64,000 bases of DNA from Bugula neritina. Taxonomy: Eukaryota; Animalia; Bryozoa. The stretch's first letter is position 1. Each line of letters opens with the position of its first letter. A model generated the notes under the pieces. It was not told the origin of the DNA. It did no database searches and saw only the letters and a program-made list of their open reading frames with translations. Location of the stretch: positions 5,809,929-5,873,928 of the forward strand of contig OZ037769.1 in assembly GCA_964035545.1 (NCBI GenBank). The letters run 5' to 3'. Below, piece by piece: positions 27,758 to 40,746 of this stretch. A program made the translations under genes and the position numbers.

Positions 27758-30700
27758 ATGTTTAGATCAGCAATCACTTTATGTGCATTGATTTTAGTCA
27801 CCACAGCTGCCTGCAGCTCTGACATTGACACCTACAAGCAGAGTGTGTGGTCTGATGAAGCTCTGGATGGCGTGCTGGACAAGTTCTCTCATGTAGTTGG
27901 TGAACATTGCGAGCTAGAAAGTGTTAATTCTACTTGTGCAAAGGTTAGTTCTATTATTTTCAATGTCTGAAGTTTAATTGTAACATTTTATGCTAAAGTT
28001 TATTTTCATGTTGACGCACAAAAATTATGTAAACAAATAATCCTGATGTAGCTTATCATTTATCAGTATCTATCAACCCCATATTGTAGTTACAATGTGT
28101 GTCAGTCATATAAGTCAATTTTAACTTTCTACTTCAAAATATTTTTCAACACTGTGCCATGAATTCGACTCAATTTTATTAAACTAGTAACTAAACTCTT
28201 CTAAACTTTTTCAGTTATACTTTTGTTTGCATCATGCATATACACTCAGTCACGTGACACTCAAACTACATACCTACTACACCTACTTTATCACTTCTTA
28301 CCCTTCTTACATTGCCAAGTTATAAGAATTAATTTATTATTATAGCGAATCCACATTTAAGATGAGAATACTAATTTGAAAAGCCGCTAGTTTTTTTGGT
28401 TAGGAAAATCTACAAACAATCTTCTAGAGGTTGTGTTATCAGGAAAAATATTGCCAATTGTCATTTATTTCCTTAGTGGTTTTAGCATCAAGTTTTGAAG
28501 TACTTTTTAACATAAGACTTGTGAGGCATATACGAGTAGCCATTAAGTACAACTGAATAATTACGTTTATTTGTTTCCGACCAATGAGCACTTTTTCTAA
28601 ATCAATTGAAGGCAGTTGAATTCATCTTTGAATAATTCTAAAGGTGCATAATCATGAATACTTATTGCGATAATTGATTTATAAGCTTGAGATTGCATGT
28701 CAGTGTGTCTTGCATTTTAATCTCAATTCCAACAAGTTTCTAAAGAAGTTTTTGTGCATCTATTCAACAAACCTTGCTGGTTGTTCAGCTGCATGGATAA
28801 ATTGCTCATTTATCTTTCACTACTGCAATGCAACTGGCAAAGTAGAAACTTATAACTATAGCATTAATTCTTACAAATATGTTACAAGATTATGACAGTC
28901 TAGTAAACTATAATATTTTCGAAATCTTTATATTAAATCTCTACACCACATCATACTTCATTATTCAGCATCTTTTTTTACAAAAGAAATCAACTTATTT
29001 GTATGTTAATAGTTTTGTTGAGCTGAATAGTAACCATACAGAAGGCAAGCCTCTTTGTCAAAATTTGATTGTGTATTCAAATTACACCAGTCACCATATT
29101 ATCTTTGACATGATAAATATTCATATTACTTCCCAATTAGTTTCTTGTTCATTCATATGCAGAACCCAGAACTAGGGTGTGGGTAACCTAAAATCTATTA
29201 CCAACAAAAACTGTTTTCAAGTGAATAAAACGCTTTGATAAGAAATCAAATTCAATTGTTTAGTAGCTGTCATATTTATGGAGGTTACCAGGTTGTTATC
29301 TCTGTTGGTGACCTACTTAATAATTAGTTTACTACAAACAATTTCACAGTTACAAATCTAAACAAACAATATATTGTTATGTAACATTCAAGACAAGTAT
29401 TGCTTTGTTTAAGTACTACAAATAAATATAATTTTTTTTTATACCTGGAATTCAGCAATTTAATATTTTTCCTTTAAGAGAATTGTAGAAATAGATAATG
29501 TACTATGGGGTTTTATCTTTATATTTTTCTAAACTTTTTATTATTTCAATTGCATTAGATATTATTTAAAAAACTTCTGTGCAGTTTCAAACAATTAAAG
29601 CACTGCTGTTATAGATTATAGTATAACTGGAACTGCTGCTGTGTTATTAACTTTTGTTTCATTTTCAGTTTGAAACTCAAGCAGATTGAAGCAGCTGAAT
29701 GACTCTAACTGTAAATCCTTTCATTTTGCAAAGTTTAAAACTCCATACTCTGTTCAAATTCTGTTCAAGTATCAGTAGTTAAAGCCAACATTATCTGTAC
29801 TTGATAATGTCTTGTAACTTTTTAAATTTATCTCTGGCCGTTGGAGTCGAACATTCAGTTTTCCTATAAACTATTTCAGATCCAAAATCTATATTAACAT
29901 AATAATATTTCCAAGATTCACTGATTTCTTGTTTCCTGCATATAACTTAAGATTATGATAGTATCTTAAAGTTGTTAATCGTCCTTTAATTTGTCAGGAT
30001 TATCAGCTTTATATAGGTTGCTTCTCAACTAAGGATGACGTATTTGGCAGTCAGAGATTTAGCTGAAACGCAATAATATCTATTTATGTATCATCAATCA
30101 GAAGTGTATTGCTATGAGTTTCTAAGATAACAAGGTGAACAAACGGAACGTGCAGCCATGTTTAAGAGCTATTGCGGCATACTGAAGATGATACTAATGC
30201 ATCAGTTTATATTGTAACATAACTTGTGGTTTAAAAGTCGAAAAATAAATAATTCATTGGTCTGGGCCATTGGATATATCGGGTGCACTTAGATGTCTGT
30301 GTGATTCACGTATTGAAGCTGGAGTTTATAAAATTAAACTCAGCACAATAATCAAATTGATGTAGCTTTTAATAAAGGCAATTGCCAGCTTAGTATAACT
30401 GTATAAAAATATCCTATTAATTGTGATCTGCCATAGGATTAATAAAATTAAAACTAGTTACTGATGTTTATTTTTAAATTAAATTTTATTTATTCCTTCT
30501 AAGTGAGGTGTATTAGTGATATGCTAACTAACTCTTTGTTTTAGTTATAACACACTGTTTGAAGACACATCTCTGTGAAAACCCATAGGAAAAAAGTTTC
30601 TTTTTTAAAGTGGGTTAAGCAATTTTTCTTATGTGGCACAGGAGCCGTTATGGCTGGATGCTTTTCTTAGCATCATTGATGGTGTTTGGACTCGAACCAC

Positions 30701-33700
30701 TGACTTCTAGTTTACTAGGCCATGGCTCTAACCACTACACCACTCTACTCTCTATGTTTGAGTGATTGTGATTCAAATAAATTCATTTGAAAACTGGCAC
30801 AACTGTCATTGTGGTTGTGGAAATTTACTTCCACCACTATTATTACATACCGTCAAACTACCAACCACAAATACGAACCTCTAATATCTCGACTTAAATG
30901 TTACAGTGTCTGAACGTGAGCAGGGTCAGAGCGTTACTTGGGAACAGTCTTGACTCCTACACCTTGTCCGTGTACCTACTAAATGTCCGGTTCCACCATG
31001 ATGAGTACTGTAAGCATGAAGTGAATCTGACCACCACCAGCTATGCCACTCTCATACAATCCCTTCACTTTCATACAACCTCTACTGGTAAGATTTCTAC
31101 ATCAACTGATGTATGCTTGTGGTTACAGTTTTAAAAATGGCTACTTTTCAATTTATTCTTGCAATTTTCTGCAAAACTTTAAACAAGTATAAGTTTAAAT
31201 TACTTATCTTATTTAGTTTTTAGAGGACTTTAAGAGCAAATTAAAATAGTTGAACTCAGGAGTTAATTTGAAACTAGATGAATAGGAAAGTTTGAAGCTG
31301 TTTAAAAATCATCAAGTTTTTGATTTTACTTAATTTGCTCTTAAAAAGCTAAAAAAACGAAAAAGCAACAGGAATGAACTATGTACTAAACATTGACTTG
31401 TTATCAATAAGTTTTTCATATGCCCATAGAGGGTGGAGGTGGTGCTGGAAATTAGCAGCCCAAAATATGAAAGCTTTGGTACTGTACAGTGAGATAACAA
31501 AGAGGTAGGCGTGTTTTGACTAACTGTGTGAAAAATGGGAAGAGTGCCAGCTTCACATTTTATGGCATTTGATGATAAATAGGTATTAGTGGGCAGCTCT
31601 GAGCTTAGGTATTCAAAGGCAAACAATTGCCATCATTCAAATAGTTGCTTTATTCTTTGAATTAAACTACAATTCACAAAAGAAGGAGCTACTGAATATT
31701 GTATAATCATGTGAAAGAGAACTTTCACAATGAGCTCTGTGAATAGAGCATAGCTAGTTATTATCACACAGTTTCACATAACCTTTGGAGAGCTCTCATT
31801 TTGCAGGTGTTTTAGTTTAAACAACAACAGTCAAAGTTTTGCCAAACATTTGGGTGATTAATGGGACGCATGCCACAGTCTCAGTAGCAAATTGCTGATC
31901 TCATGCTTTACTCATGCAGAGCATAGCAGAAAGTTTTAGCAATTGAAATCATAGCAGTGGCTTTAGTTGTTCCAAAGCAGCAAGATGTATAGCTCTTTGA
32001 TCTTGACAAATAACTTTCAACAGAAATCCAAAAGTGATATGTTTTAGGTGGCTACCTAAAAATGTTTTTATTTGATTAAGAAAATTAACAATTTATTTGT
32101 TTCACAAAAGCATTATAAGTTCATTTAGCTTAAGTTGAATCGCTACATAATAAGTAACTTATGCTCATGTGTGTTGCTCAGCAACAAAAGTTTCTCTTCC
32201 TCTCCAGGCCTGAGGAGCTGTTTTGGTTTACTGCCAGAAAAAGCAGGGTTTTACTTCAAGGTTATTTTTCAAAGGTTGATATGTTACATCAAATAAAAGT
32301 TAAAGCTAGTGATTACATAACTATCACAATGCCTTGGTCAAATCTCAAGCCCACTTCTAGTAAAAAAAAAGTAAACTTTTGTTTTGATATCTCAAATCAA
32401 GTGCAAAGGTGGCAGCTATATGAGTATGATTATTGCATTGCAAGCAGCAATGATCTAATTTTTATGGGAAAATGAGAAATTGAAACCTCAACGTAAAATT
32501 TATGTGAGCTGAAGTCCTGGCATACTGATTCTCAACTGGTGATTAAGTACCTTAGTTACAATGTTTGATTTATCAACTTTGCTGATATGAAATTATTTTG
32601 ATGTAATCTTTATACTCAAGTGCCAAAGTAATCTAGTTGTTAGGCCAGCGCTGTGTACATTAGATAAAATGTGTATGACTGCCATGTGTAGGTCTCACCT
32701 CAAGGCACAGGATAAAAGTGAAAGTATCTATTGTATGGAAAGCAGGTGCTAGCAAGGTCCCCCGAATACCCTGCACTGCACATGGGTGTTACTTGGAGTT
32801 GAAAAGCATGTCAAAAGCATGGGTTTTGATTAAATACACACTTCCACCAGTTTAAAACTTTGTAATAAATTTAAAGCCACACATCCAAAGCATTAACAAA
32901 TATCTTGATAGAACTTGAAAGCAATGTCATGTTTTGCAATAATTGGTTAGCAAATTTATATGAGGACTTCCTTGTTTTGCAGTAACATCGGTGAACCCTG
33001 CGGTTACTTGCAGAGTAGCAGTGGCTATTTAGAAATTGTAGGTGAGAGTGTTTTATAATTAGTTTTGGTGGCCATGTCACAACTTTCATATCTTACAACA
33101 GTCGGTTAAAGAATAATTAACTACTGGGGATGCAAAGCTCTAAATATTTAATTTGGCTAAAAATAAATTGCAACCTCTGTTGAACTTTTTTAAAGCACCA
33201 TTACCCTCTGGTTTTTTGCCCTGCGATACGTTTTCAATGCAGTTTTTATTCCATAAGCATATCAAGATAAATAACTCCGTACCAATAGTTGAAGAATCGG
33301 GAGTACCTGGAATTTTATTCAACTTGTTTATTTGTTTAGCGTTTTGTATTTCATATTAGAGAGCTATAAAATAAATAAACAGCCATTCTGCCAGCTTACG
33401 TGGTTCTTTGTAAATCGAAAAGTCAATTATCACGTGAAATTTGACTTGGCTTAGTATTAACTATAATTCCCATACTCCTTACTTAGCAAAGTTGGCATCA
33501 CAATATCCGTGAATATTTTGACAAACAATCTTAAGTATTTAAGGTGTATTCTCTTAATTATAAAACTAACGGGAGCTATAAAAAGCCTTGCTTTTCATTT
33601 CTGAAAAGTTTATTTAGCTATAAAAGTGAAGCCTATAGTATGAAGGGAAGCATTTGAAGTGAAGACATCAGGAATAGATAACTCTTTGGTAGTAATATTT

Positions 33701-36700
33701 TCTAGCCATATATCTTCTAATATATCCCAAATTCTAAACTCTCTATTTCAGTATATCTTATCAGCTTTTATGTTATCAGTTGACATGACTAAGAGTGAAA
33801 TTAGTTATTTGTTGCTAGAAATTTTCATAATCAGATACTAAAACTGAGTAAATTGAAGGTTTAGTGTTAATATGAAACATTTTAACTTAAAAGAAAATTA
33901 TGAAGAAGATGTTTCTAATCAACCTCTAAAAAGCTAAATAGTTCAGAGGAAATGTATTTTAATAGTTGTAAGTTAAATTAGAATAAAGTTAAACCGCAAA
34001 TGTTTCATAATGTAGAAATGGATTGTTAAGCATTAAGGTATACAACTTACTCAGGCTTACACTGTTGCTCCGAAGTACAACTAATAGGCTGCACTTGAAG
34101 TTTCTCGACTCCTATACAAAATCTATGCATCATGTTTTAAAATTATTTTGGTTAATTTGAAGAATTTTGCAACAAAGTCAAATAGTTTTTAACCTGCAGC
34201 CTCAGCACTAGTTCTGGCAGTGAAATTGACAGCAAAGAAAACGTGTATTTTTTATTTTATACAAGGCTAATACTCTGTCAAAAAATATTGCTAAATTAGA
34301 AACTAATAGAATTTAGTTTATAATTGATTTTATTTCAGGACTGAAAAGTAAAAGGTTATGTGATGTAACTAAGTATACATTTATTATGTACTCATATATA
34401 TCACAGCTGTATCACATGTTTTTTCTTTACTTTACAAGTTAGAGAGATTTTTAACTGATTGGAGCAGAAAATTTATATATGGTAATATCTAAAATATTGC
34501 TTATAATATTACGATAAATGAGAAGGCCTATAGCCCAATTATTTTATGAATATATATCGTATGTGATCAATGGCAACTGCTGCTGTGCCAACTAATAAAA
34601 TAGTGTGTTAGATCTCAAATGGTGCATGTAATATGAACAGGTATTTCCTGTAGCTATTGTCAGACTTCAAACCCAACAGTTCATATCTGAAATTTGGATT
34701 GATGTACTTTTGATAAGATGCGTTATATGTAATCAAAATTTATTTGTTATCGGGGATATAGTTCAAACTTGAAATAATAAGATTTTATCAGAAGTTCATT
34801 TTTGCCAAAGCTAGTTGAAATTATATTGAGTATACTTAATAAGGTTAACCGAGTCCCCCTCTTGCCTTTGGTGACAAAATATTACTCAGTCAGACTCTAA
34901 CTACAACCTATTCAAAACAAAATTGATGGTTGGTTGATGGTTGGCAAAGCAATTTGCTATTTTTCAAATTTAATGAAAAAAATTAAAACTTTTCAAGACA
35001 ATTTTTTTCCAAGTTAGTAATTTTATACTATAGCTAATAAAGCAACACATTTCTATCTGATTATTATAGCTAAAATTAGTTTTGATTGAGTCTGCACATA
35101 CATGCTTTTATATTATACTTTTACACCGTTTTAAATATAAGAGTTACACTGTGCACTTTTAGATTAATTAAGTTCCATTGTCTATTGAGTTTTATGTTTT
35201 CATTTATTAATAGATCCAGAGGACCTAGAAAAGGCTTTAGAACATGTTCTAGAGATGCTGACTGTTGAACCACATGATCATGATCATAGTGATCCTCAAC
35301 CAACAACCCCTGATCCACATGATCATGATCACGACCATGCTCACAATCACCCAACTGTTGATACCCACGATCATGATCACATGACCACTGCTGATCCTCA
35401 CGATCATGATCATGATCATGATCACGATGACCATGTAAGACTCTTATAAAATTCATCTGCATTTAAAGATTTAAGAAAAGTATCACTACTAAGAAACTAA
35501 CAAGTAGCATAAATTTTAAGCTTATAATCATAAAATTGAACATTTAAGAGTTACCAATTTAATCAAAATATTTTACCCTAAGTTAAGATGATTTTTAGAG
35601 ATTGTGTTATACTGTCTCAGAAATTGACTCATTCTAATTATTAGTAAAAATATTTCAATAATAAAGTTGGCTGTAGGTAGCCAACTCCATTTAAACTTAT
35701 CTGTCAAAGGATAAAGTATATTAATCAATCTAAATCTGAAGCTGGTTATCTATGTTCATTGCAGTGTTTCAACATCGAGACACTAATGTATGCATATGGC
35801 AGAGATGCAAGTGGTAGAAGGGCAGAAGAGGTATTCAGCTATCTCATCGTCAATCAATTGCTTGCAGGTAGACATCAATGAATTCCCATGTGGCTTTAAC
35901 AGGCTATCTGTTGTGTTGGACCAGGGGTGTGCAACGTTTTCAGACAGAGGGGGCACTGAAAGGGAGGCGAGGCCATATTGTAAACTTTAGTTTGAGCTGG
36001 GGGGGGCACAGCATCAATGATTTTCAAATACTTTATTCTCAATTCTTATTTATCATTACACAATTTAGTCTTATGATAGACTTTGCAGGCAGCATGTTTT
36101 GTAGCATGGATATAAATATATGACATTTAAAAGGTGGTTTTTCACTCTTGTTCATACACTGTATATGTGAAAAATAGTTTTATGTGTTATGCCTTTGACG
36201 ACCACATAAATGTAGGCTGGGGGCCTGAATCCTACCCTGGGGCCTCCTGTTAGACAGCCCTGTGTTAGACTATACATAATGTGGAACAGTTCTATTGCAT
36301 AACCAGTGGGTGATTTTAATACTTCAATCAGATTTGCATTCAATTGATGTGATTAGTTAGCAAATAAATTATATTTAAATAGACATTTGGCAAAAAGATT
36401 TATGGTAATGCATCAAAAAGTTTAATATCAGTAAATGTCATTGCATGCATGCTAAATTATTGACATAAAATATAGCGCAGAGTCATCTATGCTGTCATAC
36501 CAAGTAGATTAAAGCGCCATGTTTTGCCTAAAACTTATATGCTCCATTATTAAAGCTCCAGATATTTACTTAATTTATTTAAAATGTAATTATGTGTGTC
36601 AGAAAATTGAATACTATGGTGTATGAAAGCAGAATGATATAAGAATTCACTAGGAGTGATTAAACAAAAAAAACTTTGAAAAACTGCTGCTTTTTTGGCG

Positions 36701-39700
36701 AAAAATCAAGTTTTGGCATTATATTGCCGCTTTTTGGCAATGTCTGTTCTACTTAACCAGCCTCACTTATTGTAAGTTTCTAATCATTTTGAGAGAAAGC
36801 ATTTCCACTCTAGTTCTATGTTGTTAGCACTACTGCTTCTAGCAACAAATTATAATTTTAGCTTGAATAAATTGCAAAAAAAAGCATAATTCTATGTAAA
36901 TTATTTGCAAAATCATAGGACATTGAATGTGATAAGGCTTTTGAAACTAAGCATTAGCAACTGTTTATAAACTGACTCAACGTGCAGGGTGCCACACAGT
37001 TCTTGGAGGCACTCATCAGGTTTACTCAACAGTTTCAACCTTTATTATTACTTCGATTAATCAAAGTAGCGATAATTTATCCAGCTTTAAACTTGATTGC
37101 GTAACTTGAATACCGTAAATCAAAAGTAAATCCTTGTAAATACTTTTATATACACTAGCGTGGGGTCTGATACCCGACCCCCCACTGCAGTTTGAAATTA
37201 TTTAGAGGTTCTCGGTTCTGTGTGAGCTTTACATGTCACCCCAAACTTTGTTGCATTTTATAACTTCATCTGTTACTATAATTACTAATGATTGTGCATG
37301 CAAAATCAAGTCACAGTGAAAACTGTCTTATTTGTTGTTTTTGATGAAATGAAACAGTTTGATTTTTTGGTAAAAGGTGACTCGTGTAGAAAGTCTTGCC
37401 AAGTTTGTAAAAATGTGAAAATCACCTTCACATTAGTAACTGTTTTTGTAGGAAATTACTTGAACCCCAACTGTACTTTGAAGCCAGTTAAAGAAGACTT
37501 CACAATAAACATACTGGAGCAATTGAGTTTGCCAGAGAATTCTACCCATATTGCTTATAAAGGTAAATATTGCATTCTATTTAAAATAATAAACACGTGT
37601 AAACTATGTAATAGCCTCACTGATTTTGCTTTCTTTTATTGTAAGTGTATGTCAGAGTTTTCATAGCGTAGCATTTTTGTTTGTTATTTTTATATAAATG
37701 AATCACAGTCAAACAATAGGTATTAATACTATTATTTATGAATATCGACATGAAAAATCATACTATGATTAGCAACATCCTGTAGTTTGGAAACAGTTGA
37801 TGTCAGGTTGATCTAGTCGAATAATCAAAGCGACTCAAAAACAAGCTGCAGATATAAATTATGAATACCAGTCAAGCATTGAAACAATAGGTTCACTTTT
37901 TGGCTTTCCACAAATTTCTGTAATTTAATTGTTCAAGAAAACGCTTTCATGTGGCACAGTTTCTTGAAATGCTCTTAAATGTTGTAACTGATAAAATATA
38001 GTAATGGATATTTTATGAAAAGCATTGACGTTTGATCTTTGCAGTCTGTACATGTTATTGTGAACAAATGAAATGACATTTTTAAAATATGGTGCTTGTA
38101 AAATCAAAAGTATTGTAAAAAACAAACAAAGTTACCCTGCCTTCCATTTTTAACCTTGCTATTCTGCTACATTTTGGGCCATGGATGTAGATAGCCACTG
38201 CTTATTCTAGACCTACAAATGATGATCACAAAAGTAAAGGAAGCCACCACAGGTGCTATTCAAGAATCAGAAGTAGATGATCATGCCGGACATATACACA
38301 AGAGATCAGTGGTTGATGAGCATCACCATGAGGAGCACCTCGTAGAGAAGGTAACTCCAATATTTTATTTAGTAATAATTATGAGTTACTTGATACATAA
38401 TAATATTTATTAACCTAACACTAGCAAATTAGCAGAAATAATTGATTTTAAAGCTAATTAACTTTAAAATCATTTTTCTACTTTTTATAGCAACTTGTTT
38501 TTTAAAATAAACGTATAGTGTTTTTTGTAAAAAAGATGTATTTCCTTGACCTCAGATATTTCTAGGATGACTCATTTCAGGATATCTATCAATTTATAAT
38601 AGTATATTAGAAGCATCTAATCTTGATATAAAAGCTGTTGCGATAACAGCTCTAAATCATAAACCCATTGACCAGGTTTCAAAGCCAATTATTGTACAAT
38701 ATTATGTTGGAGTTTGGGATTTAATGAGTTATCAAAAAACAAAATAACAACTAGGTTTTTCCTCGTTACAGGCTGTTATAAACTCTTCCATCAAATGCCA
38801 TATCAAATATAACTTTAAAGGTTTTATTATAGCCATACCTTGTCAAACTTCAGTGTCTAGCTAACCCGTTAAGACATTGATTAAAAATGTTTATAAAACC
38901 ATTCAGACTTCATTCTTCGTTTGTAAAAAAATAGTATAATTTTATGATTCGTAAAAACTATAGAACATGAAGGTTGTTTTCTAAGTACAATGTTTTTTTG
39001 ATAATTAGAATTAAGCTAAATCCTATTTAAAATAAAGTAATATAAACTGAAATAAAACAATATAATAAGCCGTGTAACTTTTCAGTGTCTGTCTGTGAGT
39101 GAGATAACAGAAGTGTTTGGCATAGAAAGTGGAGACCAAGTACCCGTGAGCACTTTGCCAGACATTTCACTGGCTGTCATTCAGCAGCTGTCAGGAGGAT
39201 ACTGCTCTAGTACCACTTCTACTACTACAGAGCAGCTTCCTGCGGGACAACCTACCGACTTTCAGAGTTAGTAGACATGCAGTTTCGTAGTGTTGAGTTT
39301 ACCCAGTAGTCCCTGTGGTGTAATAGCTAGCATGCCTCTTTGCAAGCCAGATGTATCGGGTTTGAACCCCAGCCGAGGCAATTATTTTATAAGTTTCCTA
39401 GCAACTAGCTGGTTGGTTTTTAAAGAATCCATGACCCACCTTAGTTATGCAATATTAAAATATTCATATATATTCTAGTTAGGATCTGCAGGCTGCTTGA
39501 GGTTTGTATACATAAACAATTTTATTTTAAAACAGATTTTGAGCAAGCATGTCTTGAATTATTTGGTTTTCTAGCTGGCTTTTAATATAAAACTAAAAGT
39601 AGCTATTGCTAACTCTCAGTGCTGTTGCAACACACAGTTTAATTACTAACCTGATTTGAATTTTTCAGCCATTGAAATATAACTGAGGTTTAGGTCGTCG

Positions 39701-40672
39701 TTTAAGCTTTAAAACTTCAAGCCAGCTCAGTGAATAAGAACATGAATATATATGGATGTTTCAATACTGCCCAACTAAAGTAGGTCATAGATTCTTTAAA
39801 TTTATCAAATCAAAGAACAAAATATATTACTACATAAGATGTTCCAAATTCTAAACCCTCCTGTATTTTCAAGTTAGTATTTTCACTGTAAATATTAAAT
39901 AATTATTGTGTATCTATAAGCTTGGTTATAATACTTATAATTATTGTTGGTGCCTTTAGTGGCTGTTATAGAATAGAATCTTTTGTGTCAGCAGTAAATA
40001 AAGCTAAATAAGCTATTCACAGGAAAAGTTTGTGCAAAATAAATTTTAGAGTGCCTCATAAAAACAAAACTAGCTTTAAAGCATTCTTAGTTTAATAGCA
40101 AACAAAATGAATGACAGAACTTTCACTCTAACCACTCAGCTAGGAGCAAATTGTCCAACTTAGAAAATTAGTTTTCACAACAAAGCACTGTGGAGACAAA
40201 CCCTTTGATTTATGATTATAAATGGTTTTCCAAACCTGTCACGAGAAAAGTGCTTCTTTATTGAAATGATGGGAGGGTTTAGTTTATATGAATATTCTTA
40301 GCAGAATAGCAACATGTGTAACTTTACTGTTTTGCAATTATAAACTGTATAATTTGTAGTATAGTCTAATATGGTATGATATAATAAAGTATAGTATAGT
40401 ATATAGTAAAGGGTAGTGTAGTATGCTGTAGTATATTATAATATAATTAATGACTATATATACAGCTAACAATATTATTGTATTATATTTGTAGAGTATG
40501 GTCTAGGAACAATATCTGTAGCTGTGATCAGTCTACTGGCTCTGATTGGTGGACTCATGTTTCCTTGTCTCAACCATGACTTTGTACAAGATGTGTTGAC
40601 CCTTTTTATTGGACTAGCAATTGGTACAATGGCTGGAGATGCCCTACTCCATCTGATACCACATGTAAGCCA

Positions 40673-40746
<74 letters not shown>

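Noticed and set aside
29670-29711. Extra ZIP exon bounded by ttttcag and gtaaat
   Set aside because: Has an in-frame TGA in the required phase 0; exons 1 and 2 join correctly without it.
31330-33359. Intronic ORFs (31330-31626, 32161-32475, 32871-33089, 33140-33359) as nested genes or transposase remnants
   Set aside because: No recognisable motifs and no phase-consistent exon chain; may be decayed repeats but cannot be supported.
35121-35462. Antisense His/Asp-rich and Met/Ile-rich ORFs
   Set aside because: Shadows of the self-complementary CATGAT repeat in ZIP exon 3.
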